Positions 1 to 10,342 of a DNA stretch of 64,000 nt are shown here, piece after piece. A model generated the notes under the pieces. It was not told the origin of the DNA. It saw nothing but the letters and a program-made list of their open reading frames with translations, and made no database searches. This stretch comes from Mycobacterium sp. (lineage in GTDB: Bacteria; Actinomycetota; Actinomycetes; Mycobacteriales; Mycobacteriaceae). The stretch lies in the NCBI GenBank assembly GCA_049608025.1, contig JBMYXC010000013.1. The stretch is one strand, 5' to 3'. Every line of letters begins with the position of its first letter. Within the stretch, counting starts at the first letter, position 1. The position numbers and the translations under genes were made by a program.

Positions 1-670
1 CGACGTCTTTGAGACTCTCCAGCACGCCGAGCTCACGCAGTTCCAGCGTCGTGAACGGAGCCTGCAGGGGGCCCCGCCTGCCGATGACCAATACTTCCTC
101 CACGCCGCGGGCCCGCAGCGAGTCCAGCGCGTGGTCGGCGATATCTGTGGCCGCCAGCTCGTCGGGGTCGCTGACGAGCATCCGCGCGACGTCCAGTGCA
201 ACGTTGCCATTGCCGATGACGACAGCGCGCCGGCCCGACAGGTCGGGCATCAACTCCCCGAAGTTGGGGTGTGCGTTGTACCAGCCGACGAAGTCGACTG
301 CGGGCACGCTGCCCGCGAGATCCTCGCCCGGGATGCCCAATGACCGATCGGACTGGGCACCGATGGCGTAGACGACGGCGTCGTAGCGCTCGGCGAGCTC
401 GGCGGGTTGTACGTGTTCACCGACAACGATGTTGCCGAAGAACCGGAACCGCGGATCCATCGCCGTCTTTTCGAACTGGGCGCTGATCGACTTGATCTTC
501 GGATGGTCGGGAGCGACCCCGGAACGAACCAGGCCCCACGGAGTCGGGAGCATCTCGAGCATGTCGACACGCACGTCGCCGTCACCGGAGGCGGCGAATT
601 TCAGCAGGGACGAGGCGGCAAAGTAACCCGAAGGTCCTGAGCCGACGATGGCCACGTAGTAGGGCCGCAT
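1..670 (-). CDS. fprA: NADPH-ferredoxin reductase FprA (runs off the window start)
   Basis: ATG at 670-668 reads MRPYYVAIVGSGPSGYFAA (FAD-binding GxGxxG), then TPWGLVRSGVAPDH and VIGNGNVALDVAR. No stop before base 1. Divergent from prfB as in other mycobacteria. Confidence 0.9.
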   Translation of the reverse strand, partial: MRPYYVAIVGSGPSGYFAASSLLKFAASGDGDVRVDMLEMLPTPWGLVRSGVAPDHPKIKSISAQFEKTAMDPRFRFFGNIVVGEHVQPAELAERYDAVVYAIGAQSDRSLGIPGEDLAGSVPAVDFVGWYNAHPNFGELMPDLSGRRAVVIGNGNVALDVARMLVSDPDELAATDIADHALDSLRARGVEEVLVIGRRGPLQAPFTTLELRELGVLESLKDV

Positions 671-859
671 AGGGGGCATTTAGCGCTGCCTTCTGTTGCT
701 GCCCGGCCGCGTGCGAGGACTCTCGCGACGTGGCCGGACGGGGTGTGCAACCGATGCTAGATCGCGGCGATCGCAATTGACGACGGTCACGGAGAAATCC
801 GGTGCGTGTTTCGCGGGCGGCATCGAGGCTGCGACGGCCGTGACCGTGTGCGAGGTGAG

Positions 860-865
860 TACCCT
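860..865 (+). promoter_or_regulatory. SigA-type -10 (TACCCT) positioned for leaderless prfB
   Basis: TANNNT hexamer 8 nt before the GTG at 874; no SD sequence. Confidence 0.5.
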
Positions 866-873
866 GAACTCCC

Positions 874-1998
874 GTGGATGCTGACCGTCAAGCCGATATC
901 GCAGCCCTTGACTCCACGCTCACCACTGTGGAGCGTGTGCTCGATGTCGAGGCCCTACGCGATCGCATCGACAAGCTCGAGCAGGAGGCCTCCGACCCGA
1001 ACCTGTGGGACGACCAGTCGCGCGCCCAGAAAGTCACCAGTGAGTTGTCTCACAGCCAGAGCGAGCTACGGCGTGTCGAGGAGCTGCGTGGGCGACTCGA
1101 GGATCTGCCGGTGCTGTACGAACTCGCCGCCGAAGAAGGCGAAGCCGACGGTGCAGAAGCTTCGTCAGCGTTCGCCGAGGCCGACGCCGAGCTCAAGAAA
1201 CTCCGCGAGGACATCCAGGCGATGGAGGTCCGCACCCTGCTCTCGGGTGAATACGACGAGCGAGAGGCGCTGGTCAACATCCGTTCCGGGGCTGGCGGAG
1301 TAGACGCCGCCGACTGGGCCGAGATGCTGCTGCGGATGTACATCCGCTGGGCTGAACAGCACAAATACCGTGTCGAGGTGTTCGACACGTCCTACGCGGA
1401 GGAAGCCGGTATCAAGAGCGCGACTTTCGCGGTGTATGCCCCCTTCGCCTATGGCACCCTCTCTGTCGAGCAGGGCACCCACCGACTTGTGCGGATCAGC
1501 CCGTTCGACAATCAGGGTCGGCGTCAGACGTCGTTCGCCGAAGTCGAGGTGCTCCCCGTCACCGAGACCACCGACCATATCGATATCCCGGACGGCGACG
1601 TCCGGGTCGACGTCTACCGGTCCAGCGGCCCGGGTGGCCAATCGGTGAACACCACAGACTCGGCGGTTCGACTCACCCACATTCCGACCGGTATCGTTGT
1701 GACTTGCCAGAACGAGAAGTCGCAGTTGCAGAACAAGATATCGGCAATGCGCGTGCTTCAGGCAAAACTACTGGAACGCAAGCGCTTAGAAGAGCGCGCC
1801 GAGATGGACGCCCTCAAGGGCGACGGCGGCAGCTCCTGGGGCAACCAGATGCGTTCCTACGTGTTGCACCCCTACCAGATGGTGAAGGATCTGCGCACCG
1901 AGTACGAGGTCGGCAACCCAGCAACGGTGCTGGATGGTGACATCGACGGCTTCCTGGAAGCCGGCATCCGGTGGCGCAACAGAAAAGATGACGACTAA
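874..1998 (+). CDS. prfB: Peptide chain release factor 2
   Basis: SPF anticodon-mimic motif (RISPFD) and GGQ motif ([14 protein letters not shown]); continuous ORF with no internal frameshift. Confidence 0.98.
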   Translation: MDADRQADIAALDSTLTTVERVLDVEALRDRIDKLEQEASDPNLWDDQSRAQKVTSELSHSQSELRRVEELRGRLEDLPVLYELAAEEGEADGAEASSAFAEADAELKKLREDIQAMEVRTLLSGEYDEREALVNIRSGAGGVDAADWAEMLLRMYIRWAEQHKYRVEVFDTSYAEEAGIKSATFAVYAPFAYGTLSVEQGTHRLVRISPFDNQGRRQTSFAEVEVLPVTETTDHIDIPDGDVRVDVYRSSGPGGQSVNTTDSAVRLTHIPTGIVVTCQNEKSQLQNKISAMRVLQAKLLERKRLEERAEMDALKGDGGSSWGNQMRSYVLHPYQMVKDLRTEYEVGNPATVLDGDIDGFLEAGIRWRNRKDDD

Positions 1999-2968
1999 CA
2001 CTTACCTTGCGTTCGACGCGGCCGTCCGCTGGCACGATTTCTGGCAGGGCGAGATCGGTCTATGGCTTCGCTCCAGCGGGCTGCAGATCGCGATGCTGCT
2101 GCTCTTCGGCGCCTTGGGGGCAAGGTTCATCGGCTGGAGCGCGCGCAAGGTCACCCGCCGCATCGACGCCGAATACCAGGAGAGCGATCAGCTCGTCCGC
2201 ACCGAGAGCGCCAAGTACCGCCAGGCCGTCGCCTCGGTCATCTCGTGGGTGGCGATCGCGATGCTCTTGGTCCTGGTCGCCGTTCAGATCACCGACGTGC
2301 TCGCTATTCCGATCGGCTCGCTGGTGGCGCCCGCCGCGGTGTTGGGCGCCGCACTGGGCTTCGGCGCCCAGAAACTGGTCCAGGATCTGTTGTCCGGATT
2401 CTTCATCATCACCGAGCGGCAGTACGGCTTCGGCGATCTGGTGCAGTTGAACATGCTCGGTGCCCCGGAGGCATCCGAGGGCACCGTCGAGGAGGTGACA
2501 CTGCGAGTGACCAAGCTGCGCACCGCCGAGGGTGAGGTCTTCACGGTCCCCAACGGCAACATCGTCCGTTCGTTGAACATGTCCAAGGACTGGGCGCGCG
2601 CGGTCATCGACATCCCGGTGTCGGTGAACGCCGACCTCAACCGCGTCAACGATCTTCTGCACGAGGTGTGCCGCCAGGCTTGGCAGGACACGAGCCTGCA
2701 GAAGTTGCTGCTCGACGAGCCCGCCCTGATGGGCGTGGAGAGTATCGAGGTCGACAAGGTCAACGTGCGGATCGTGGCGCGAACGCTGCCCGGTAAACAG
2801 TTCGACGTGGGTCGCCGGCTACGGATCAGGATCATCGCCGCGTTGGCATCCTCGGGAATCGAGACCATGACCGGAAACGGCCCCGCCGTCGCGGCCGTCC
2901 TGCCTACTACAAGCGGGCCCGACGGCAGTGTGAAGGCCGCGCCCGGCGGGGACGAGCCAGAACTGTGA
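1988..2968 (+). CDS. Mechanosensitive ion channel, MscS family (Rv3104c-like)
   Basis: ATG at 1988 overlaps the prfB end; [26 protein letters not shown] and [15 protein letters not shown] motifs. Confidence 0.92.
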   Translation: MTTNTYLAFDAAVRWHDFWQGEIGLWLRSSGLQIAMLLLFGALGARFIGWSARKVTRRIDAEYQESDQLVRTESAKYRQAVASVISWVAIAMLLVLVAVQITDVLAIPIGSLVAPAAVLGAALGFGAQKLVQDLLSGFFIITERQYGFGDLVQLNMLGAPEASEGTVEEVTLRVTKLRTAEGEVFTVPNGNIVRSLNMSKDWARAVIDIPVSVNADLNRVNDLLHEVCRQAWQDTSLQKLLLDEPALMGVESIEVDKVNVRIVARTLPGKQFDVGRRLRIRIIAALASSGIETMTGNGPAVAAVLPTTSGPDGSVKAAPGGDEPEL

Positions 2969-3429
2969 ACTGGCTCAGAAAACTGAGACGACCGGAACAC
3001 CGCTGGCCGAAGTACCTGCCGGGCGGACACCTCCGCACGACGACCGTGGTCATGGTGATCCTGTTCGGCGCGGCGTCGTGGTTGCACCAGGCCTACCAAC
3101 CACCGGCCCCGGCTCCCACCCCCGAGACGGCGATTGTTCCCCCCGGCTTCGTTCCCGACCCGCAGTACACGTGGGTACCGCGGACCAACGTTCAGACCGG
3201 GGAATCCGAGAGCACCACCACCAGCAGCACCACGACGAGTCCGACGGAATCAACCTCGCCGAGTGCGGAGACGACCCCGACCAGCACCTCCGGGCCCAGC
3301 CCGATCACGACCGTGCTCGACCCCGGCGGGTCGGGACCGCAGACCTTCACCCAGGTACCTCCGGTGACGTCCACACCCGCCACCAAGCCAGCGGGGCCGA
3401 CGACGCCGACGACGGTGCCCCCGCGGTAA
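2965..3429 (+). CDS. Single-TM Pro/Thr-rich membrane protein (Rv3103c-like)
   Basis: GTGA overlap with mscS; one hydrophobic helix, then VPPGFVPDPQYTWVPRT and a Thr/Pro/Ser-rich tail; syntenic position before ftsE. Confidence 0.8.
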   Translation: MNWLRKLRRPEHRWPKYLPGGHLRTTTVVMVILFGAASWLHQAYQPPAPAPTPETAIVPPGFVPDPQYTWVPRTNVQTGESESTTTSSTTTSPTESTSPSAETTPTSTSGPSPITTVLDPGGSGPQTFTQVPPVTSTPATKPAGPTTPTTVPPR

Positions 3430-3441
3430 CCGGACGGTGGC

Positions 3442-3475
3442 GACGACCAAGACGACGACCAAGACGACGACCAAG
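3442..3475. repeat. 12-bp tandem repeat GACGACCAAGAC, about 2.8 copies
   Basis: Read directly: copies start at 3442, 3454 and 3466 (partial). Confidence 0.85.
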
Positions 3476-3530
3476 GTGACCACGCAGGCGACTACGAAGG
3501 TAATGCCGAGGTAATTCTGTGTCCTGCCGC

Positions 3531-3536
3531 TACACT
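3531..3536 (+). promoter_or_regulatory. -10 hexamer TACACT for leaderless ftsE
   Basis: TANNNT 8 nt before the GTG at 3545. Confidence 0.55.
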
Positions 3537-3544
3537 GGCGTGCC

Positions 3545-4237
3545 GTGATGATCACTCTCGACCGCGTGTCAAAGCAGTACAAGTCCTCGGCACGTCCAGC
3601 GCTTGACAACGTCTCGGTCAAGATCGACAAGGGGGAGTTCGTCTTCCTGATCGGGCCGTCGGGTTCGGGCAAGTCCACGTTCATGCGACTACTACTGGCC
3701 GAGGACAAGCCGTCCTCGGGCGACATACGAGTGTCGAAGTTTCACGTGAACAAGCTGTCCGGTCGCCACGTCCCCGGCCTGCGTCAGGTGTTGGGTTGCG
3801 TGTTCCAGGACTTTCGCCTGTTGCAGCAGAAAACGGTGTTCGAGAACGTGGCCTTCGCGCTCGAGGTGATCGGCAAACGCGGCGACGTGATCAACCGGGT
3901 AGTGCCCGACGTGCTGGAGATGGTCGGCTTGTCCGGCAAGGCGAACCGCCTGCCCGACGAACTGTCCGGCGGCGAGCAGCAGCGCGTCGCCATCGCCCGC
4001 GCGTTCGTGAACCGGCCGCTGGTGCTGCTGGCCGACGAGCCGACGGGCAACCTTGACCCCGATACCAGTAAAGACATCATGGACCTGCTTGAGCGGATCA
4101 ACCGCACGGGCACAACGGTGCTGATGGCCACCCACGACCATCACATCGTCGACTCGATGCGCCAACGTGTCGTCGAACTCGAACTCGGCCGCCTGGTTCG
4201 CGACGAACAGCGCGGCGTCTACGGAATGGATCGCTAA
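3545..4237 (+). CDS. ftsE: Cell division ATP-binding protein FtsE
   Basis: Walker [10 protein letters not shown], signature LSGGEQQRV, Walker [12 protein letters not shown]; directly adjacent to ftsX. Confidence 0.97.
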   Translation: MMITLDRVSKQYKSSARPALDNVSVKIDKGEFVFLIGPSGSGKSTFMRLLLAEDKPSSGDIRVSKFHVNKLSGRHVPGLRQVLGCVFQDFRLLQQKTVFENVAFALEVIGKRGDVINRVVPDVLEMVGLSGKANRLPDELSGGEQQRVAIARAFVNRPLVLLADEPTGNLDPDTSKDIMDLLERINRTGTTVLMATHDHHIVDSMRQRVVELELGRLVRDEQRGVYGMDR

Positions 4238-5131
4238 GTGCGCTTCGGATTTCTCGTCAACGAAGTTCTGACCGGGCTTCGCCGCAACGTGACCATGACG
4301 GTCGCGATGATCCTCACCACCGCGATCTCCATCGGCCTGTTCGGGGGCGGGATGCTGGTCGTGCGTCTGGCCGACCAGTCCCGCGCCATCTACCTCGACA
4401 GGGTGGAGAGCCAGGTCTTCCTGACCGACGACGTGTCGGCCAGCGACCCGACGTGCGATGCCGACCCGTGTATGGCGCTGCGCTCGCAGATCGAGGGGCG
4501 CGATGATGTCCGGTCGGTTCGCTTCCTGAACCGCGACGACGCCTATGACGACGCCATCGAGAAGTTTCCGCAGTACGAGGATGTGGCGGGCCGCGACGCG
4601 TTCCCGGCGTCGTTCGTCGTCAAACTCATCAATCCCGAGCAGCACCAGGAATTCGACGACGCCATGGTCGGGCAGCCCGGTGTGCTCAACGTCCTGAACC
4701 AGAAGGATCTGATCGACCGGCTCTTCGCGGTGCTCGACGGGTTGTCGAACGCGGCCTTCGCCGTGGCATTGGTGCAGGCGATAGGTGCGGTGCTGTTGAT
4801 AGCCAACATGGTCCAAGTCGCGGCTTACACCAGACGGACCGAGATAGGAATCATGAGACTCGTGGGCGCGAGCCGCTGGTATACCCAGTTGCCGTTCCTG
4901 GTCGAGTCGATGCTTGCGGCCTTCGTCGGCGTTCTGATTGCCATCGGCGGACTGATCGCGGTGCGCGCGCTGTTCCTGGAGAACGCCCTCGACCAGTTCT
5001 ACCAAGCCAATCTGATTGCGCGCATCGACTACGCCGACATCCTCTACATCGCACCGATCCTGTTTTTCCTGGGTATGGCGATGGCTGGTGTCACTTCATA
5101 CATCACGCTGCGGTTGTACGTGCGAAGGTAG
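4238..5131 (+). CDS. ftsX: Cell division permease FtsX
   Basis: [21 protein letters not shown] start, four TM segments, [19 protein letters not shown] motif. Confidence 0.97.
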   Translation: MRFGFLVNEVLTGLRRNVTMTVAMILTTAISIGLFGGGMLVVRLADQSRAIYLDRVESQVFLTDDVSASDPTCDADPCMALRSQIEGRDDVRSVRFLNRDDAYDDAIEKFPQYEDVAGRDAFPASFVVKLINPEQHQEFDDAMVGQPGVLNVLNQKDLIDRLFAVLDGLSNAAFAVALVQAIGAVLLIANMVQVAAYTRRTEIGIMRLVGASRWYTQLPFLVESMLAAFVGVLIAIGGLIAVRALFLENALDQFYQANLIARIDYADILYIAPILFFLGMAMAGVTSYITLRLYVRR

Positions 5132-5134
5132 CTG

Positions 5135-5638
5135 ATGGCCAAAGCCACTGGAAAAAAGGGCACCAAGGACAGCAATAACCAGATTGTGGCGACCAATCGC
5201 AAAGCGCGGCATAACTATTCAATTCTCGAGACCTACGAGGCCGGGGTCGCGCTGATGGGTACCGAGGTCAAGAGTCTGCGCGAGGGCCAGGCGTCGCTGG
5301 CCGACGCATTCGCCACCATCGACGACGGCGAGATCTGGCTGCGCAACCTGCACATCCCCGAATATCACCACGGCAGCTGGACCAACCACACGCCCCGGCG
5401 CAATCGCAAGCTGCTGCTGCACCGGCGCGAGATCGACGCCCTGGTCGGCAAGATCCGTGACGGCAACCTGACGCTGGTGCCGCTGTCGCTGTACCTCACC
5501 GGAGGCCGGGTCAAGGTGGAGTTGGCGCTGGCCCGCGGTAAGCAGGCACACGACAAACGCCAGGACATCGCGCGCCGCGATGCACAGCGCGAGGTCACCC
5601 GCGAGATGGGCCGGCGCGTCAAAGGCATGCCCTCCTGA
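5135..5638 (+). CDS. smpB: SsrA-binding protein SmpB
   Basis: [47 protein letters not shown]. Confidence 0.98.
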   Translation: MAKATGKKGTKDSNNQIVATNRKARHNYSILETYEAGVALMGTEVKSLREGQASLADAFATIDDGEIWLRNLHIPEYHHGSWTNHTPRRNRKLLLHRREIDALVGKIRDGNLTLVPLSLYLTGGRVKVELALARGKQAHDKRQDIARRDAQREVTREMGRRVKGMPS

Positions 5639-5655
5639 CGGGTGTCCTCAGCGCG

Positions 5656-6480
5656 TTGATCGCGGCGCTGGGATACGGCGTCAGCGACTTCGTCGGCGGC
5701 CTTGCGTCGCGTCGGGTCGCCGCCTTGCGAGTGGTCCTGGTCTCCTACCCGGTGGCGCTGCTGCTGCTGATCGTCGTCGCGGCGCCGTTCGGCGGCCAGG
5801 TCGGCAGCCTCGCGGTGGGCTGGGGCCTGCTGTCCGGCGTGGCCCAGGCATTCGGCGTGTGGTGGTTCTATGCGGCACTGGGGTCCGGACCGATTTCGGT
5901 GGTCTCGCCGTTGACGGCGATCCTGGTTGCCGGAATCCCGGTCGGCGTCGGGTTGTCTCTGGGCGAACGGCCCGGCAAGGTTGCCCTCCTCGGAGTGCTG
6001 TTGGCACTCGCTGCCGTGGTGCTGGTGAGCCGCGAGGCCACCGACGAGGACGTCACTCCGCACAAGTTCACGCCGAAGGTGGCCTGGCTGACTCTCGGTT
6101 CTGGTGTGGCCTTCGGGATGAATTTCGTGATCCTGGACCAGGTGCCGGTCGAGGCTGAGCTGTGGCCGCTGGTCTTCGGGCGGCTTGCGGCAACGGCGAT
6201 TGTGCTGCTGGCGGCGGCGGTCACGGCCAATCTGGTGCTCGAACGGGGTGTGCCGTTGCGGCTTGCCTTGTTCGCGGGGGTGCTCGACACCATTGCCAAC
6301 GTTGCGACGTTGCTGGCGTTGCAATCGTCGATGTTGTCGCTGGCAGGCGTGCTGATCGCGCTCTACCCAGCGGCGACAGTCCTGTTGGCGATCGTGGCAC
6401 TTCGCGAACGGGTAACCCGCTGGCAGGCAACTGGCATGGTGCTGGCGCTGGCGGCTGTTGGAATGATCGCCGCCGGATAG
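5656..6480 (+). CDS. EamA/DMT family transporter (start may be the CTG at 5635)
   Basis: About 10 hydrophobic segments in two repeats; GYGVSDFVGGLASRR, GPISVVSPL and LYPAATVLLA..LRERV motifs. Confidence 0.88.
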   Translation: MIAALGYGVSDFVGGLASRRVAALRVVLVSYPVALLLLIVVAAPFGGQVGSLAVGWGLLSGVAQAFGVWWFYAALGSGPISVVSPLTAILVAGIPVGVGLSLGERPGKVALLGVLLALAAVVLVSREATDEDVTPHKFTPKVAWLTLGSGVAFGMNFVILDQVPVEAELWPLVFGRLAATAIVLLAAAVTANLVLERGVPLRLALFAGVLDTIANVATLLALQSSMLSLAGVLIALYPAATVLLAIVALRERVTRWQATGMVLALAAVGMIAAG

Positions 6481-6675
6481 CTACGGTCAACATCGCGCCC
6501 GCGCCGTTGCGGCGCGCCAGGCGGGAGGAGGTGGCAGATCAAGGCATTTCGACTACGCAACTGGCTATTCGCCGTTGTCGCGCTGGTCGCCTGGGTCAAC
6601 GCGCTGGCACTGTGGGGGGACGAAGCCGCTCGTCGCGCCGAGACGGTACTCCAGTTCGGTGCAGGACTGGGGGCG

Positions 6676-8826
6676 GTGGTGTGCGGCGTCGTCGTCGCGC
6701 TGCGGGTCAGCGGACCGGCGCGTTGGTGGCGATTGCTTCTCGTGGTGGCGTTGGCGACTTTCCTGGTCGGCCATCTTCTCTGGTGGTCCAGCGGCGATGA
6801 GGCGGATGGCGGCTTGGTGGCGCCGGCAGTGCTGGTCGCGTATCTGGCATGCCAGGTGTTCATTCTCGCGTCGATGTATTTCCTGGTGCGGTCCACCGGG
6901 GGAGCGCGCAGACAGCGCGATACCGCGACGCAGAATTCCGCAGCCACGACGTTTCTTGACGGGGTGTTGGCGGCTGCGTCGTTCGTGGTCTTCATTTCAT
7001 TGGGTGACTTCAGCGCCCGATCGACGGTCGCACTGCCCCGCTCGGGAAGCTCGACGGTGGAGCTTGTTTACGCACTGGTGGAGCTGACCGCTGTGGTTGT
7101 GGCGGTGGTCATCACGATGAACTACCGCACAGACCGCCCGGGCCGGGGGAACGTGCTTCTGTTGGCCGCCGGCATCGTGACCTTGGCCTCGGCAGATCGG
7201 CTCGTGGCCTACTTCGAATTCATCGGTTCCGAGGGCGGTCAGCGGTGGGCTGCCATCGGTTTCGTTCTGGGCCCCCTGATGTTCGCCTATGCGATGCTCG
7301 ACCCGCCGGCCGCACGGCCGGCCGAGGCGCCGGATCGCCCCCGCCCCGGGGTGGACTGGGCGCAGCTCGCCCTGCCCTACATCGGCTTGCTGGGGATCGC
7401 ACTGCTCTTGGCGTTCCACCTGTTCATGGGTCGGCCGATCACTGGTTTCGTGATCTACATGGCGGTGGTGATGGCGCTGTTGGTCGCCGTCCGCCAGGTG
7501 GTGGCGATGCGTTCCCACCAGCTGTTGACTCAACGGCTCTACGCCGCCCAGCGCGCCCTGGAGCATCAGTTGCACACTGACGCGCTGACCGGGCTACCCA
7601 ATCGCCTGGCGTTCAGCCAACGGCTCGATGAAGCCCTGCGCGACGGCCGCTTCGTGTTGATCTTTGTCGATCTCGATGACTTCAAGGATGTGAACAGCCG
7701 GTTCGGGCATGCCGCCGGTGACGATCTGCTGCGTGCGGTGGGACAGCGCCTTGCGCGGTGCGTGAAAGACGCCGACACGGTGGCACGCGTCGGCGGTGAC
7801 GAGTTCGCGATCCTCATCGACGGCAGCAAGGAGGAACCCGATGTCGTTGCCGACCGGCTGCGGGTGGCGCTTCGGGTTCCTTTCCCCGTCCAGGGCTCCT
7901 CGGTGCGGGTGCGGGCCAGCATGGGCCTGGTCCGTCCAGGGGCGGACGGGCTGTCCCAGACATCCGACGACCTGTTGCGGCAGGCCGACATCTCGATGTA
8001 CGCGGGTAAACGCATCGGCAAGGACGCCGCGGTGATCTATCAACCAACCTCGGATGTCCGGGGGGATTTCCCGAATGCGCTGCGTGCGGCCGGCGACGGC
8101 ATCCCTGCCGGGTTCAGCCTGGTCTACCAGCCGATCGTGCGACTTCCCGACGGCGCACCGATGGCGGTCGAGGTGTTGGCGCGATGGACGGCGCCCAACG
8201 GAATCGACATCTCACCTGAGACCTTCGTGGCCGCTGCCGAAGCGGCTGGGCTCGGGGCCGATCTCGATGCGCTGGTGCTCGATCTGGCGTGCAGTGAGAT
8301 CCAAGCGGCCGGTATGAACATCGACTTCCACGTGAACATCGGCGCGGCGCGGCTGGGCAACCCCTACGTCGAGGAGTTCGTCCGCCAAACCCTGGCCCGG
8401 CATCGAGTCGAGCCGAGCCGGCTTGTCGTGGAGATCACCGAGACGGTGCCGATCGTCGACCTTGCCGCTGCTGCCGACCAGATCACCAGGCTGAATGCCT
8501 TTGGCGTACAGGTGGCATTGGATGACTTCGGTGCGGGGTGCAACTCGTTGATGTATCTTCATTCGCTGCCGGTGCAGGTCGTCAAGCTCGACCGCCGATT
8601 CGCCGCTGGGGTGGACCCCGAACAGGATCTCGCGCTGTATCGATCGATCATCCGACTGTGCGACGAGTTGGGAAAGGCCGTGGTCGTCGAGGGCGTCGAG
8701 TACGCGCCCCAGGCAGAGGCGCTCTTCAGCGCTGGATGCCGACTGGCGCAGGGGCACCTCTTCGGGAGCGCTGTACCCATCTCGGAACTGACTCTTGACC
8801 CAAAGACGCAGGGCGCGCTGATCTGA
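6676..8826 (+). CDS. Membrane-anchored diguanylate cyclase/phosphodiesterase (multi-TM + GGDEF + EAL); true start probably further upstream, near 6538
   Basis: DALTGLPNR, DLDDFKDVNSRFGHAAGD, intact GGDEF; EAL domain with YQPIV, EVL, EITE, DDFGAG, KLD, EGVE, QG. Confidence 0.93.
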   Translation: MVCGVVVALRVSGPARWWRLLLVVALATFLVGHLLWWSSGDEADGGLVAPAVLVAYLACQVFILASMYFLVRSTGGARRQRDTATQNSAATTFLDGVLAAASFVVFISLGDFSARSTVALPRSGSSTVELVYALVELTAVVVAVVITMNYRTDRPGRGNVLLLAAGIVTLASADRLVAYFEFIGSEGGQRWAAIGFVLGPLMFAYAMLDPPAARPAEAPDRPRPGVDWAQLALPYIGLLGIALLLAFHLFMGRPITGFVIYMAVVMALLVAVRQVVAMRSHQLLTQRLYAAQRALEHQLHTDALTGLPNRLAFSQRLDEALRDGRFVLIFVDLDDFKDVNSRFGHAAGDDLLRAVGQRLARCVKDADTVARVGGDEFAILIDGSKEEPDVVADRLRVALRVPFPVQGSSVRVRASMGLVRPGADGLSQTSDDLLRQADISMYAGKRIGKDAAVIYQPTSDVRGDFPNALRAAGDGIPAGFSLVYQPIVRLPDGAPMAVEVLARWTAPNGIDISPETFVAAAEAAGLGADLDALVLDLACSEIQAAGMNIDFHVNIGAARLGNPYVEEFVRQTLARHRVEPSRLVVEITETVPIVDLAAAADQITRLNAFGVQVALDDFGAGCNSLMYLHSLPVQVVKLDRRFAAGVDPEQDLALYRSIIRLCDELGKAVVVEGVEYAPQAEALFSAGCRLAQGHLFGSAVPISELTLDPKTQGALI

Positions 8827-8884
8827 GGGCGCCGCTGCGCCCGTTCGGGCACGCGCGAGCCGGAAACGCACTACGTTCTGCCGA

Positions 8885-9736
8885 GTGAACAGCTCCTCCC
8901 GTCCGGTCACCCACCTTGAGAAGTCCGACGTGCTCGACGCTCTCTTCGCGTCTTGGCGCGACATCGGCGCGATACTGCAGACCTTGGACTCCGCAGACTG
9001 GGCCGCCGAAACGTCGCTGCCCGGATGGACGGTGCACGACGTCGTCGCACACATGGTCGGAACCGAGTCGATGCTGGCGGGCGTTGCGACGCCCGAGGCG
9101 GACGTCGACGTCTCGGCCCTCGAGCATGTGCGCAATGACATCGGGGTGATGAACGAGCATTGGGTCCGCAAGCTGCGCGGACTCAGCCCCTCGGAGCTCC
9201 GGCAAATGTTCCACGCGGTGACCGGGCAGCGCCGAGACGAGCTGTCCGAACTGACTGCCGAGCAGTGGAGCGATATCACCGCGACGCCGGCGGGTCCGGA
9301 CAGCTACGGGCGGTTCATGCGGGTGCGGGTATTCGACTGTTGGATGCACGAACTCGACATCCGCGATGCTGTCGCGCGGCCTCCCGACGCCGAGGACTTG
9401 ATGGGCCCGGACTCGGCGCAGGCGCTTGATGAGATGGCGGCCAGCATGGGTTTCGTGGTCGGCAAGCTCGGCGGCGCACCCGACGGTGCCCGGGTCAGGA
9501 TCGAGTTGACGGGCCCGCTTCGCCGGGACATCAACGTCGCGATTCACGGCCGAGGCCGGGTCGTGCCGGACTTCGGTGCCGAGGGGCCGACGTCGACGAT
9601 CACCATGGACGGTGTGTTGTTCAGCCGCATTGCGGGCGGGCGCACGACGCCGAGCGCCCACGAAACCGCGATCACCTACGGTGGCGACGAGGCCGTGGGC
9701 CGCCGGGTCGTCGAGCACCTGAAGTACGTGATCTGA
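8885..9736 (+). CDS. Mycothiol-dependent maleylpyruvate isomerase family protein (Rv3099c-like)
   Basis: LPGWTVHDVVAH and RVFDCWMHELDIRDA metal-binding motifs; -10 TACGTT (8872-8877) lies 7 nt before the GTG; syntenic position before ssrA. Confidence 0.9.
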   Translation: MNSSSRPVTHLEKSDVLDALFASWRDIGAILQTLDSADWAAETSLPGWTVHDVVAHMVGTESMLAGVATPEADVDVSALEHVRNDIGVMNEHWVRKLRGLSPSELRQMFHAVTGQRRDELSELTAEQWSDITATPAGPDSYGRFMRVRVFDCWMHELDIRDAVARPPDAEDLMGPDSAQALDEMAASMGFVVGKLGGAPDGARVRIELTGPLRRDINVAIHGRGRVVPDFGAEGPTSTITMDGVLFSRIAGGRTTPSAHETAITYGGDEAVGRRVVEHLKYVI

Positions 9737-9791
9737 CCTGTTCGGAGGCACCCGGGACTATTAATTCGTTGGGCGGTGTCGGAACGCCCGG

Positions 9792-9797
9792 TAGTAT
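9792..9797 (+). promoter_or_regulatory. -10 hexamer TAGTAT of the ssrA promoter
   Basis: TANNNT ending 33 nt before the mature tmRNA 5' end, consistent with a short precursor leader. Confidence 0.55.
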
Positions 9798-9830
9798 GGG
9801 GTTTCCTGCCGAAGTTCGGCGGGGGTGCGA

Positions 9831-10197
9831 GGGGCTGAACGGTTTCGACTTCGCGCATCGAATCAAGGGAAGCGTGCCGGTGCAGGCAACTGACCACCGT
9901 AAGCGTCGTTGCAACCAATTAAGCGCCGATTCCAATCAGCGCGACTTCGCTCTCGCTGCCTAAGCGACGGTGAGTCTGTCAGACCGGGAGTGCCCTCGGC
10001 CCGGACCCTGGCATCAGCTAGAGGGACAAACCGATACGTCCGGTCGCGGGATGTATCGGGACATCAAACAGCGACTGGGATCGTCATCCTGACTTGTTCG
10101 CGTGAGCAGGAGATCCGAGTAGAGACCTAGCGGACTGCGCACGGAGAAGCCTCGAGGGAATGCCGTAGGACCCGGGTTCAATTCCCGGCAGCTCCAC
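9831..10197 (+). ncRNA. ssrA: Transfer-messenger RNA (tmRNA)
   Basis: 5' GGGGCTGAACGGTTTCGAC; 3' T-arm CCGGGTTCAATTCCCGG and acceptor strand CAGCTCCA; internal tag ORF; follows smpB-Rv3099c as in other mycobacteria. Confidence 0.98.
9925..9963 (+). other. tmRNA proteolysis tag reading frame ADSNQRDFALAA*
   Basis: GCC GAT TCC AAT CAG CGC GAC TTC GCT CTC GCT GCC TAA; mycobacterial-type tag ending in ALAA. Confidence 0.95.
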
Positions 10198-10209
10198 AAC
10201 AGAATATGC

Positions 10210-10256
10210 AAGGAAACAGCAGGTCAGGGCGAATTTTCACCCTGGCCTGTTTCCTT
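10210..10256 (+). terminator. Hairpin just downstream of ssrA
   Basis: AAGGAAAC pairs with GTTTCCTT and AGGTCAGGG pairs with CCCTGGCCT (one G-U), 3-nt bulge, 10-nt loop. Confidence 0.65.
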
Positions 10257-10312
10257 TGTGGGCACATTTTGTCCGCGATCCGAGGCAGGAATGGTCGCTC
10301 AGGATGCCCGGC

Positions 10313-10342
10313 GGAGGAACACCGTCAGGAGGAACACCGTCA
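10313..10342. repeat. Perfect 15-bp tandem duplication GGAGGAACACCGTCA x2
   Basis: Read directly at 10313-10327 and 10328-10342. Confidence 0.9.

Noticed and set aside
874-1998. Programmed +1 frameshift in prfB
   Set aside because: The ORF is continuous from the GTG with no CTT-TGA slip site; an unbroken prfB is normal for mycobacteria.
10189-10200. tmRNA 3' end lacks an encoded CCA (reads CAGCTCCACAA)
   Set aside because: Post-transcriptional CCA addition is common in Actinobacteria, so this alone is not evidence of an insertion.
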